DNA from: Catajapyx aquilonaris
Lineage: Eukaryota
DNA: 64,000 nucleotides
Assembly (NCBI GenBank): GCA_000934665.2
Contig: KZ538438.1
Span: 1-64,000 of the forward strand
Direction: 5' to 3'
Below are positions 12,601 through 26,472 of this stretch, in pieces (the first letter of the stretch is position 1; each line of letters starts with the position of its first letter). The notes beneath the pieces are model-generated. The model ran no database searches and had not been told where the DNA came from. It was given only the letters and a program-made list of their open reading frames with translations. The translations under genes were made by a program, and so were the position numbers.

Positions 12601-15600
12601 CTCTGACACTACGACCACAGGAAAAAGCGCATCCCTGGGTTGCAACCGCGACTGTGTGTCCCCAAACTTAACCGTGGCAAGCGAGGATATTTCGTTTCTG
12701 TCTAGAACAACAGAAGTGCAGAGAGCCAAAAGTGAAGTCCACTTTGCAATCTGTCCCGGAAACCGCAGCCTTGTGTTTAGAAGAGCCCGGTTTTTAAAAG
12801 CTTCACCTTTTTGTCGGCTTGATGGAAGTCGCGGAACTAGATGAATGCAACGTTTTATTTACATACGAATCAAGCCACTGCAGCAGCAGGATCGGTAATT
12901 ATTAAGTACAAGTCAGCTAATTTAGGAAGTGTAAGAAAATTGCAGAGATATTCCAGTCCAAGCGAGTGACTTCCAGGCTGTGAAAAGTAAAAGAGTTTAC
13001 CGGGCCGTGTTAGAAGAGAAGAGCGAGTAGCAAAGTTTTAGTGGCTGTCAACTATACACACAGACTGTTGGGATGAGTTCTAAGTGCCGGTTGTCGCATC
13101 GGAGGACGTGCAGCCACGTTTGGCCATCACAAAGTTGGACAGATGTGCCAGGCCCCCTTTCCCTCCCCCACCTCCTTTCATTCCCTTTGAGGACCAACAG
13201 GAGGGGGGATGAGTTTTTGCCAAAAAACTAGAAGGAATCGCACTCTTTTCACACACAACAATATAGATCCCCCCCTGCAAGAAAAACATATAGATGGGAA
13301 GGAAAATGGAGTTACATGTCGAGAGAGGAGGTGGGTTGATGGAAGAGATTTCTGACACTCGAGGCCTTATGAGTGGCTGTCGTGACTCTTTTTCTCTTCT
13401 TTTTTTTTGTTCAGACAGCAGCCATTTTCGCAGCCAACTTTGGGGCCGGCGTGAAATATTAATGGCGTCACGGGAAGGAACCAACCGCACCCTTTCATAT
13501 GGTCTGAGGGACAAAACCAGCACTAGTTTTCTTCGCTTCTCGGGCCCTCTTTTGCCAGCCCGCCGTGTAATATTATACGAGCCTTTGAAGATAGAGTACC
13601 TTTTTTGTTGTGGCACAGATTTCATGCGTTAAATTTTTTTTGTCATTTCGCGAATGTCCCCAATTGACTCTTGGAATTTAATATGAGGGAGTGACCAAGA
13701 AGCTTGACTGATGCATTGTTACCGTGGGTTCTAATTGTTTCATGTTCCATCCATGATGGAGTTCGTGTACATACGCTCTACTGTGCACAAAATATGTGTA
13801 CAATTAAAATAATAATGCTAACTATTTGCAGATAATTTCACACATTCATAACAACACTTATTAATGCATGGGTTCTGTATAGTTCAAGCCTAACTGAAAC
13901 GCAAAAATTATACAGATCAAAGCCTCTGCGGCTATGCTGTATTTAGTGTATTACATGGACAGGTCATTGTCGCTGAATCACATTGTATTTATGCTAATCA
14001 CCTCATCATGTCGAAATCACACAAACTAGAGCATAATCTTTGAATATGTTGCTGTCAATCTGTGCCGTCGAGTCGCCAGCAACTAGACGAGCATGATTGA
14101 AGGCCTTTGTAACAACCTTTGATTTCTCTCTTCCTGTTTTTCTTACCTGCGAACCTTCAGTCCCTTACCCTGTCATTACGTCACACACACGCAACCAATG
14201 CGTAAACAATTCGTGGAAAAGCGGTTTCAGTCTCCGCAGCCATCATCAGATAGGCTCCTATATATCGAGTGCATATAATATACACCGGGGCGCCGAATAA
14301 ACCCAAGATGCATATTATCTCTATCAGCCAGTATTTGAACCCCACGACATCAGTTCCAACAAGCACCATGGTTGTCAAACGGAATTATTGGAATGCGACA
14401 CGATCGAACCCCCGATTTCCACATTCAGATTGGCGGCGGCAGCAATAATACTCGATCCATTATTCAGGCCGACAAATCCGGTTCGGTTGGGTAATTTTGC
14501 GCCAGGCTGTCATACAGAATATCAATCCTCCTGTTTCTCAGATAAACGAGCCTGATTTCGTCGGATCAGGAGCAATAGCTCGTGAAACCATTCATTTAAA
14601 AAAAATGGATCTGCACTATACACGACATGGCATGCACTTTTGTAGAATTGTGCACAGGCTGGTGCACTGACCCAAAGTTCATAGACCTAGATGGTATAGA
14701 AGAGGATTTAATTTAAACTGTATAAAGATTCACTAAAATAGCCATTTAAAATGACATTTTAGAATAACGATTGCCGTCACATTTTCTCTGTCGCTGAAGT
14801 GCATTTGGATCACCAGGTACAGACCGTTGAGCACTTCAGAAAATGCTCATTAAAATAGTGCAGAATTCTTGGGCTGCATTAAAAATTTTCACACAAAAAA
14901 GTGCGCATTATACAGAAGCTGACAACCTTCCCAACAATCTTATAATACTTTCACTACCCTGTCGTGGACTACCAGGCAAAGCAGTACACTTTTTTTTGCA
15001 ACGAAAAAAAAGGTAACTCGCGAGAAATGACACGCATAAGTATATATGAAGAGTAGCTTCCTTTTCCCCCCCAGTTCATTTATGGTTTCCAAATGAGATC
15101 TATTCTTATTAGCTGCCGGATTATTAAAAATGTAGAAAAGTTCGCAAAACGTCCTGTACACGCTCTAGAAGGAGAGTACGGACAGGAAACTGACTTGAAA
15201 CAAAGGGCAAAGGGATAAAAATAGGAGGCGTGTAAGGGAAATGAAAGTGTCCCTGTGCTACTGTTATAATATGAAGCAGAAAGGGTCGCGGATCAAAAGA
15301 ATGAGAAAATAACTGTGGCGAAAAACCGTTTGTCTCATCTGGTTTTCCAAAATGAGGATCGGAAACCGCAATGAAAAGGCCGTCGCCTCATTGCTTCACA
15401 CACATGGACAATAACAAGGAAAGGGCAGAGCTGGGATGCCACAATTACAGGTGACCGCAATGGGACTTATATATGCAAGAACGAATTTGTGTCTGTTATT
15501 CCGCGTGACGCATCGACGAGCGTTTAAGTGCCCATCCGGCTGAAAAGTCATTAAAGGTTCGTTTAATCACCTGGTTTCGCGGGGGTATATACGAGGAATC

Positions 15601-16406
15601 CGGACCCGAATTACAAGCGATGTCCCCTGCAATAATGGACAGTCGTCACGACCAAATCGCACGGAACAAATCATGATGTTTGGAACCTGCTCATGCGTTA
15701 TAATTGAGCCCATAATTTGTCCCAGTAGTTCATTTGCAATGGGGGACGATTAACTACAAAACTTTGGCTTGTACCTACCTGTACTTATAGCAAGCACAAA
15801 AAGACGTCCGATCTAATGCGATAAACGATACAGTAATTAACTTGTCGGAGTCATCCGAGTCGAAAAGCCATTTGGCGCGCCTGTCCGAAGGCAGCAGCTG
15901 TTCATTTGGCAGAAACCAGCAGACCGACGACGGTGGGGGGTTGGCCCACAGGACAAGGGAGAGAGAGGGGGGGGGGGACAATATATAGAAAGAGACTTGA
16001 CATACCCTCCCCATCAGTGAGAACTGTATATGGCTGGGTCTGGACGAGGATTAAACCGATGGGAGAGGGGGTCATAATTATTGAGAGGGGGGGGGGGATA
16101 CACATCTCTTCCCCCTTTTGTCACTGCATCATGTGGGAAGAGCAGCATTGGGGGGGAAGAATGAGGATGACTTCATCATTGCTTCTGGGATGTATCACAA
16201 CCGATTTAGCCCCATGTCTGTCATTGAAGAGAGAGACAAAAAAAAAGGTGTTATGCCAAAACATTTACATTGGACAGACCTGCAAGTGACGCATCAGACT
16301 TCAACATATTCTGGAATCACTCATAAGGTGGGGGTATTTGCAATAATTATTGTGATGGATCACATTATGGATAATTATTTGCATGCATTTATCACCTATT
16401 ATTATT

Positions 16407-16669
16407 TGAGGGATCTTAGATTTTAAAAACGGCCGAAGTCCACCTGGAAAAACTGGTGGTAAAATGATCATAAACAGCTGATTACTCAACTCTCACTGGT
16501 ATAATCTCGATAATGTTTAATTCCCTATACGTTTCCGCTGATCAGTTACATACGGAAATGTGCAATTCAATTAATATCCAATGACATTAAAATACATAAT
16601 TGCTGCACGTAATAATTGTGTTACACCCCTCAAAAGTGGACTTGGCCGCTTTTGATCTCAGACCCTTCA
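16407..16669. mobile_element. Degenerate MITE
   Basis: Imperfect TIRs: tgagggatcttagattttaaaaacggccgaagtccac ... gtggacttggccgcttttgatctcagacccttca. Confidence 0.6.
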
Positions 16670-19600
16670 TTTAGTTTATAATTATTTACAAATATATTTT
16701 AAACCATCTTTACACATTATCTATTATTCCGTGCTTACCCTACAAAGGTATTTTTAATTCGACGGCAAAATAACTAAGAATGAAGTAATACCGTATGTAA
16801 TGTTCACTAACAATAAAAAGGTGCTACTGTATTTGGAATGTCGAATGACTGAAAAACAATCCAAAATAATTTTAACATTAGGAATCCAGCCACTTGCTTG
16901 GGTTCATAAAATAACCACAAATTATTTGTCATTACACATAGCACTAATATTTAATCATTTTTTTCATTTTTTAAATCCATTGTTCCTTTCTCTGAGGCAG
17001 AGATGCCTCAGTATTACATTGTAAAAGTATGAATTGCCCATAACTCCATACAATAATATTCAACATATTCCGTGTGAGTTTATACACCAACGCTATTAAA
17101 ATTAATGCAAGAAATTTGAAAACTACAGCTATCATGGCGCAATCCAACGATCTGTACAAATATTTGGGCGTGCCTTCCCGCATCTCAGTCAAATACTATG
17201 TACTTATTAACCTGGCCTGTGGTTAATTTTCGTAAGGCTCTTAAAATTTCTTGACTGGCAGGTTTCACCGCATAGCTTCGAGATAAAATAGCGCAGCTGT
17301 CCAGCCAAAAAAACAGAGGTTGGGTTTCCAAACTACTGTAACACCTTTCAAGAAGAAGAAAAAAAAGAGCAGGGCACCACATGAGGTTTAAGCCATATAT
17401 TTGCATAATTACGGTATGGGCAAGCAACCCAAAATACAAAGTGATGATTGGAACCGTTTGCAGCTAATCACAGGACTTTGCACTTGTAAACAAGTTTTAC
17501 GACTTGGGGCAATTCCGTCCCTCCGGTTTACATGCTCTGAAAGTTGTGGATACAACTTTTACTGATTACTGGTGGGAAGTGTGTGATGGAATAACAGTTG
17601 TGTCTTTTTTTCGCCTCGACGCGTCTTTTTTTGCGTGGAATGTGGAAAAAAGGGGGTGCAAATTGCGAAAATAGCAATAGGATGACTAATCCCTTGGCAA
17701 GTCAGGTCGCCGTGACTAATTAAAGCGGCTTACACACTCTGACATGGAATCGCCATTCAGAAACCACGCACGTTGGTAGTCAACATGGCGGACTTGATGC
17801 TGTCCAGAAACCCTCACTCTCTTCCCACCCCCCCNCCCCCCCCCCCCCAAAAAAAGTCCAAAAAAACCTGTCCCGCTTCTGACACCATTCATAATTGATG
17901 GGTCGTGTGTCGATCGTCGTCGCTTCCATCCCAGTCCTGCCGTATTCCTGCGAGACCCTCAAAAGAAAATCGCATCAACTATTCATTGGCTGCTGGAAGG
18001 GCCAGTAATTTGATATGTGGAACTTTTTTCTGGTACAAACGCAATAGAGAGACACCGAGGGGGGAAAAGCTATAGAACCGGTTTTAATTTGCGCGACAAA
18101 ACCCTTGAAAAACACACCGATCAAAAAAAAAATCTGGGCTGGAAATTTATTTTTCGAGTATGGGTCAAAATCTGACTCATCATGTCAGCCCTGCCTGTTG
18201 TTGTCGTTGTTTTTGTTTGTGATCCGTGGCGTCAGTCCTTTGATTATTGGGGCTTTTGTTGGGGCTGCATCATTCCCCCTCTGAAATTACACTATATTTT
18301 TCCTGAGTCCTTCCTTCCACTCCGCGCGGTATGGTTCTAAAAGAGCAGGATGTGATTTGCCCTCACCCTTTCATTAGTATCGCTCAAGACCAACAACCAT
18401 TTTCTCATGACACGACCCGGAGGATATTAGTCCCTAATCGCGATCTATTACGCTCCGTTAGTGCTCCAACCAGAACACTTTTTGAAGAGTAGCCTGCGCC
18501 ATTCTCTTTCTCAAACTCTACACCGCCTCCTGCTGTCTCCTCCCATTAGCCTTTCCCTTTTTTATATATATATATTCCTCCCCCCCCCCCCCNCCCCCCC
18601 CTTAAACTTCTTCTTTCTCCTTCGAGATAGCCATTTGCCTGAATGGCGTTTGTGTCCGGCTTCACTCTAATCACATGGTGCGGAGACCGTTTCAATGTCA
18701 AGAGAGGACCAAAAAAAAAAAGAGTATAAGGAACCAAAGAACCATTTAAATGACATGGAATCGGTATGGCACGTTGGAGTCACGATGCATTCAAATTAAT
18801 GCCATTCTTTTCTTTGTAAAAACATTTCGATGGAGAGGCCGTGGAGTTATGCGCTATACTTTTATAGAGTTTTTTTTTTGCTGGTGAAGGGCGGGATCAG
18901 ACTTTGGACGCAAGTTGAGTGGACAATCTTCGGAAAAGAAAAGGGATATTATCATGGTAAATAGTTTTAACGGTCTGTCTATAGCTTGAATTTACTAATC
19001 AACTTAATTATCGCCAAAATCATGGCAGTCAGTGCGGTAATAATAATTCTGCAAAAGTTTTTGTTCTAACGCAATGTGACATGTGTGCATATTTAACTAC
19101 GCTGTAATTTATGGGTAATTAAAAGCGTTACAATACTTTGCTGCAGCCGACCCCTGGAAGGCGACATCCCGGTGAGCCAAGAGAGGTGCATAGGTTATCT
19201 AGCTCCCAGGATAATGCAATATCCTTCAAGGACGTTCCGCTTCAGAAAGTTCAAAGTGTGGCTCAAAATGCATCACATAATTATACTACAGGGTGACTCT
19301 AAAATCTGGACACATAGGTAATAGTATTGTATTGTTGGTTGCCAGGATTGTCAGCCAGCTTTCTGTCCAGTATAGGCTTACTCTCGTAAATGCCTGGTTT
19401 AACTCTTCGCATCGGAATAAATTGTCACTGACAGTACATTCTCCTTCAGTGTCGCATTACTGTTCATATATACTGCCAACCCCTACATACTATAACTCGT
19501 TGGAACCTTCATCATCATGAAGCATAACAATCGGAGCAGATTCCCACCCTCTGTGCGGTTATTGCTCAGTCCCCCAGATCCAATCGTGAGGAATAAGCAG

Positions 19601-21660
19601 TGCCATTTACACGCCCCAGAGACCAAAGGCAGCAGTGTCGAAGAACCAGGAGAGAAGGAGGGGGGGAGGCATATACACAGCACATACACTTGATGGCATA
19701 GTAGCAAAGGGAGCGTGGGAAAACCAATTAGCATCGGATTCACTCAGTCAGAGAGGGCTGATGGTGTGGCCTGGAGGGAGAGAGAGCTCCTGGTTCTGCG
19801 ACATCGCCCTCGGTTCACTTATCAGCCCATTAAATCGCATGGCTTCATCATCATCGACCAGGAAAACTTCCCCGTTAGATATACACACGTTACCAGATCA
19901 GACCGTGACCGTTACTAAAGGGAGGGAGGGTTAAACCCATATTTTACACGCTTCAAAAACTTTTCCCGATTAAAAAAAATATTTCGGTGCTGTAGCCATT
20001 TCCCTCCGCTTTGGTCGCAACCAACTTTTCCTCCCGAAGTATACTTTCAATAATGAACGGTGCAAGTTTCTGTGTTCTGCGGCCCAATATTGCCGCGTTA
20101 CATATACGGGGCCTAACAAAACAAAAGATGGCTGGAGGCAAAGTTTCTAATCTTAGGAAAACCGTTTTCCTCCTCGTTTTCTCGGTGGAGGCCACAACAA
20201 AGTGGTGAGTAGGAGACATTAGTCGGTGTAATGGATAGTCCAATCTCCAACTCCGATTTCGTGAGGTTTGTCTCCAATCCTTTTCTCTCTCTCCCCCCTT
20301 CCGCAGCACCATCTAAACCTTAAGGCTTGACTCACGCTCATTGGTCTTTCAGGCCGATTTAGAGTCCAATTATCCGCGATGAAGCAGTAATCAAAATGCC
20401 ATTTTGTAAGGGGGAGGAGGAGGGGGGGGGGGTTGTATCAATTTGAGACAATTTGCTCCCAACCTTACATATAAAGGCTTTGAGAGTTTAGCCTCGAGGG
20501 GGTTGGTTGGTACCTTATGGGGAGGAGAGGCAAGTTTCCGAGGACTAATGATACATGTGGTTTTTGCCTTGTTTTCCTTCGCATTATTCGTGTCTCGTTC
20601 TCTCTCCACTCGGCTATGAAATTGGAAAGGTTTTACTTTCACGGAGTCGCGACCTTTGTGACCCTCAGGCGCTGTGTAATCAAGGGTACTTTGCTCTAGT
20701 GACGAAAGTTGCTTACTTCAAATTGAAGACATGGAGATCAAGACAAATTGGCGGAACAGGAAAATATATTCTCCGTATATTTATATCCTCGTGACAAGTC
20801 CTGTACAGACACACCGGTACTCTTCTTGTTCTGTATCAGTCACTAATTAGTGAAACAGCTTCAGCTGCAAAGAGGGCCACAGTAACCGACACTTCTTATA
20901 TTACAATTAATTTTCTAAATCCTGTAGTGCTAACGTGCCGATGACAGCCCCAAAATCGGAACATGCCCCGGTTATTAAGCGCCCACTTCATCCGTTGTAC
21001 ACACGAGGTCATCAAACTGCATCCTATAAGTTAAAATTCCGACCATATGGGTCGCAACATGAGGAATCAATTGACACGGGGAGTGAACACCATGACCTTA
21101 TTAATCACAGCACACCTCCCTGGAGGGATGGAGAGGGGGGGGGAGGGGAATCCCCGCAACAATCGCTCCCTGCAATCGGGTCAATCGAACCGTCCATTGG
21201 ACAACTCCAATCCTGCCATGCAACCAAGGGACTCACTCCCATTCGACCTATTGGGATGTAATGGCCCGGAACCATGTGGGCATACAGGAGGGGGGGTGTG
21301 ACGAACAGGGGGGGAGGAGAAAGGACCTCATTGAATGCCAGCCAAACAGATCGGATCTCTTTTCTCTCCCCTCCCCGGAACATTACTTTCCTATTAGCCC
21401 TTATTGGCAGGGACTGGAGTTTGCATTAGAGTGCAAAACCGCCGGTCCTATTGGGACTAGTCCGCCATGCCTGGGGACAGGTCACGATTAGATTGTCCTC
21501 GAAAGGAACATCATTTTTATTTGAATCCTGTCTCATCCACCCCTCCTCTTAACATAGAGTCCGAAAGCTGTTGCGGAGATAAGAGCGACGGCGATTATCA
21601 TTCAGCAGGGCAATGACAAAGTAATTGCAGATATACGACACGCAAACTGGGGGGGGGGGG

Positions 21661-21686
21661 NNNNNNNNNNNNNNNNNNNNNNNNNN
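21661..21686. other. Assembly gap (N run) adjacent to a poly-G tract
   Basis: 26 N directly after a G homopolymer. Confidence 0.95.
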
Positions 21687-24600
21687 AGCCAGCGCAGCAC
21701 ACTCGAGACTTGATTGGACGGCGCCATCACGATGACGGTTATGGCTCTTTATGTTTGGAAAAGTGAGAAGACGCACAGGTTAGTCTCGCGGAAGACACTG
21801 ACAACTCTGAGCTGCTTCGGATGGGTGAGCTTTTTATTCACGTTCTTTCCCCCGCCATAAACGCAATGATCGAAGAATGCTTGCAAAGGAGATTTACAAA
21901 ATCAAACCAGAATGTTTAGTGCAGGTCGGGTTTTCCCCCCCATGAAGTAACTTACTCTCTAAATTATTGTGAGTGGTTGACATTCTGCCTCTAACGCTGC
22001 TCTTGAGTTCATATTTTACGTCAACTGATTTAACCAAACAACACTCTTAACGCGTATAACATTTTCTCAGACCTGATAACACCTTTCATATATTAATCTT
22101 CCAGAAAATTACTGTTAATATTAAGTTATCATACCAGCAATTAAAAGTAAAAACCCCAAACAATATTATAGCTTTATATCAATTGAAGAGAATTTACAGA
22201 GGACAGTATTATTCAAATAATGAGATTAGCTGCATCAGTTAATGCCTTACAGTAAACCTGTGCATCAGTGTTTTAGGGCACATTAAGACAAATTAACATT
22301 GACAACTTAATAGCATTTCTAGTGATATACGGTAACTTTCAGAATAATTGGCAACTCCATGTGTGAAATGCATTTTCTCATTTCAAGTGTACATCACAAC
22401 AACAATAGTCAAATGTACAGCGACACACCAAATAAGGGAATATTATTTGGCCAAGATATTTGCACAATTCCGATCACTATATACGCATAATAAGCTATAT
22501 AATTTGAGTGATGAGTGTGGCGTCACTGGCTGATTAATGACCCGTATGCAGATCCCTCCTGGTCTTACCTATATACCCTAGCAAATTGAAGTCCCGTTTA
22601 CTTAAGATAAAAGAGCCCATTACTGAACCAGATGTTAAACCTAATTGCCTTAACTCGGCGATCCGAACCCATAACTCCTTGCGAAAAGCCGAACTCGAGC
22701 CCTGAAAAGGCTTCGAGAATCTCTCTCTCTCTCTTTCCTTATATTCTCTTTCCCTCCTTGCCTTTTTTTTGCATAAATTATCCTCCCCACTTACTCTGCC
22801 GCCTATTAAACTCTTTACCGACGCAGCGATACCGACATTAATTAGGATATATCAAGTCCGGAATTGAATTAGCGAAATAAATGATTAGCAGACTTTAATT
22901 AACGGTGATTACGGTCGTTAAGGCAAGATTGCCGCGAGTTAATCCCTGAAAAGTTTTGGCTTGGAAGAAGAGGAATAGTCCGTGTTAGGCCAAGTCCTAT
23001 AGAAACCCCTCTCCGTCTATAGTATATGTACTGCTGGGTGGTTTATATATATATATATATAGAGAGAGAGGATCCTGTGTGAGAAGCAGGAAAAGAGAGA
23101 GAAAGAATCTCTTTCTGGGGAACTCTTTTGTCGTAGATAAATTTCCTGGGGCCTGGTAATATGGAGGGAAAAGGCCCGAGGATCGTTAGTGTGTCGTGCC
23201 AAGCCTCCCCCATAAGTGGTCTGGAGGTCGGGAATTTGTCTTGATCCCCTTTAGATTACTTGCAACAATACCCGAAAATTACTCCTGGATTAATGCCCCT
23301 CCCCGGCGCTGCAGTAAATAATTTCCTCCTCCCGCGCACCCATATAAATGGTGATAGCAGCTAACCGAATTAGGGAAGGGCCGGGCGGTATCATTAAGTC
23401 GGAGCTTGCCGAGAAACAATGCTCTTGGGTCATCTTTATTGTTTCAAACGGTCAGCAAGTAACCGGATTAGGAGGAGGAGGCTCCATTTGTATGCCGGCT
23501 GGCGGCGGCAAAGGAAGGCCGCCCAAGTGCAGAGAGCAGGATTTAATGGGCCTGGAGTCGTGGGGGAGGGCTATACCACCCCCACCCTCCCAACCTCCCA
23601 AGACCATTGCCAGAAAAGCAAGCAGCACTACTAGACCATAGCCTTTATAAATTCACCATCTTGGAGGACCAAACACAATCCGAGGGAAGGGTCTGGCTGA
23701 GATGTCAGGTCCCCAACACCGCGTTGCCACACCTGACTCTTTTCGACAAATAGGAGCCACGACTATAAAACCAAGGAGCATTGTTGCAGCCTCAAATATT
23801 CACGACATTAGTACGCTTAATTGCTGCGACATATAATTTGTAAAAAAAGGCTTTTACTATATACGGACGTTAATATTTCAGTTCAGTTGATGGAACTTAA
23901 GACCATCTCTTATTGTGATATAGCAAACGGTGCCCAAGATAATTTCGGTTGTACGTAATGACATGCTGCTGGAGGCAGCTGCTGTCGTCTGACTGCTGCT
24001 GGGCCTCCTCCTACTTGCCTGCCTTGAAAGTGTGTCACTTTTTACTCGGTTCGACTGCAGTTTACACAAAATTGACTTCTAGGAAAACCGTTGTCTCTTT
24101 CTTAATTGGGCCTTAAAACGCCCTTTAGTGAGCCATAGCATGCCAGTAATTTTCCCTCCGATGTATATATGAACTCGACGTAAAGACTGCTCCATGTCCA
24201 ATAAAACCCGAAGGTTAAGAACATATCAGAGCGCTTATTCTTGCACGTGATTCCTCCGAGACGAATTTATGTCCCAAGTAATGAAAAAGAAATAGTCAAC
24301 CAACCATTTCATTTCCTCGGTAATTACCAGCGGACGACAGCAGAAATAAAATGTCTCCAGCACGACACAGTTTACAGCAGAAGTTGCTCTAAATGATCAA
24401 ATTCTTCTGCCCCCCTTTTTTTCTCTCCTTTTGTAGTATACCATCACTTTGGGGGATATCCAGAAGCAGCGTGATGCGCTTCTCCCTCAGCAGAAAGTGT
24501 TTTGGGCCTTTTGCCACGCAAACTCCCAAACGATTTAGTCTCAGTGACGACCCTCCTTATAGCTATTTAAGCAGACCATTATTGCGGCCTCTTGGGTTTG

Positions 24601-25537
24601 CAAGCCAATTTTGTGTCCTCGTTAGCGCCAGTGGATTCAATTTCCCGGGCGTTACCACGTCACATGCTTTCAGCCGGGGTCATCAACCACTTGCGATGTG
24701 TACTAATGTGTGGCCATGCTGGATGGTGCTGCTGATGCTGGAACAAGCGGGATGGGGAGGGTTGCATCCCCAGGACCATCGCAAATTGCAGCAGGCAATA
24801 TTCGCGCTGCTAACCAGACGTTTTTAGGGGAAATGCAGGGGGAGGTTCAGGTTAACTTGAAATCGTTCTTGGTAAGCGATGCGGACAGTAATTGAACATC
24901 ACAGAAAGTGAAGAACAGTAAATCGACATACGAACATTCAGTTCTGTAACACAATGTCTATACACAATGTCAGTTTGGTCTGCTCTCTAAATTATTTCTA
25001 TTGGCGTATTGAATTGACTCATTAAATTAGATTATAATAGAAAATAAAATTTTACTCGTGTCAATGTAAAAATTGCTATGAGGACTCATTGATTAAATCA
25101 CTGAACACAAAGTTTAGATGGCTAGGAATTAACATTTTGATAAATCTTAAAAGAACTTTTACTGAACTGCACTCAATGGTGAGCTCAGCTTCTATAGTGC
25201 CAAAATATCGCTAATTGAAACGCACAGCTTCATTGTAACGTATACTGTGCGAATAAGGCCGACACATCAGTGCGCAGTGATCACGATTTTTATTCATTGA
25301 CATGAAGCCCAATTTTAATCACTGCCTGCAACTAAACGCGATATCGCATTTCCGCTCTTTACTGGGGCAATTAACTCCATTCATTAAAGCTTCCGTGCTA
25401 TAGACCCGCTACTGTTAGCCAACATGGACGTTTTAAGCAAATGGAAAACCCCCCCGAACATGTTATTACAAGATATAGCTCCAAATTTACACGCCATTCG
25501 GTCACGCATTGAAAAAAAGGCCCCCCCTCCTCTCCTC

Positions 25538-25542
<5 letters not shown>

Positions 25543-25584
<42 letters not shown>
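25543..25584. repeat. (CT)n/(GA)n microsatellite
   Basis: Perfect ct dinucleotide run of ~21 units. Confidence 0.95.
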
Positions 25585-25587
<3 letters not shown>

Positions 25588-26009
25588 AAAAAAAGAGAGG
25601 TACAACTTACGCCCAGAAACAAACCAAACAAGGCTTTAATTTTGGCCATTATTTCTGCGAGTAGTGGTGGTTGGGATGAGGGGGGTTAGAAAGAGGAGAA
25701 GGGGGGGAAAAAATCACCCCCTATTCATAATGAACATCCCTGCTACATCCAGCCCCCGCTATAATTAGATATGACAGCGGTTACTGTAAAATCCGCAAGT
25801 CTCGGCAGTGAACAGGGTGGTCCACTTCCCAAGTCTTTCCAAGAGGAAAAGTGCTCCAATTGAAATGTTCGCAGTGAGTAGCCAACTTTTTGCACTAATT
25901 TCAATAGCTTTGCATTAAAGCTATTGTTTTCACCTCTTAAGACGCAGGGATCATTTACACAGTTAAATTTATAATATTAAAATCATATTCATTGTTGTGT
26001 GGTTATGCC

Positions 26010-26105
26010 CTCTGATTGGTCCGCCATATAGTGTTACCGCGACGCTTCCGATTGGCCCCCGTTCTGCGCAGGCGCAATGGGGGTGGAGGCAGCGCCTCTG
26101 GTGCG
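26010..26105. promoter_or_regulatory. Orphan promoter-like module (2x CCAAT, NRF1/Ewg-like, YY1-like)
   Basis: attgg at 26015 and 26051; ccgccat at 26021; tgcgcaggcgca at 26065-26076. Motif evidence only. Confidence 0.45.
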
Positions 26106-26230
26106 TGGGAGGAAGAACCATTCATTTGTTAGCTATCAGCCGATGGGTCTACATCGCCCCCTCCCCACCCCGAATCCAGTGAGCAAATCGAGGGTTTTTC
26201 TAGTAGTAGTTTAAAGGAATAAATGGGTGG

Positions 26231-26472
26231 AATTTTCGTCGCACTACTACTTACTTTTAACTTAGCAGGACCAATTAAATTAACTTACTCGTATAGTACA
26301 GAAAAAAAATTATATTGTATTATTCAAATTTTCGTCGTACTACTAGTTACTTTTAACTTAGCAGGACCAATTAAATTGACTTACTCGTATAGTACAGAAA
26401 AAATTAATATTGTATTATTCAAATCATGCATGATAAATGCATTTTTTCTGTACTATACGAGTAAGTTAATTT
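26231..26472. repeat. 96-bp tandem duplication followed by an inverted partial third copy
   Basis: aattttcgtc...tattcaaat starts at 26231 and 26327. 26442-26472 (ttttttctgtactatacgagtaagttaattt) is the reverse complement of part of the unit. Confidence 0.9.

Noticed and set aside
13080..13632. 181-aa and 112-aa opposing ORFs
   Set aside because: Low-complexity, homopolymer-driven translations with no domain or exon signature; more likely regulatory DNA.
19190..19210. ggttatctagct resembling part of miR-9
   Set aside because: Seed end does not match and no hairpin partner was seen.
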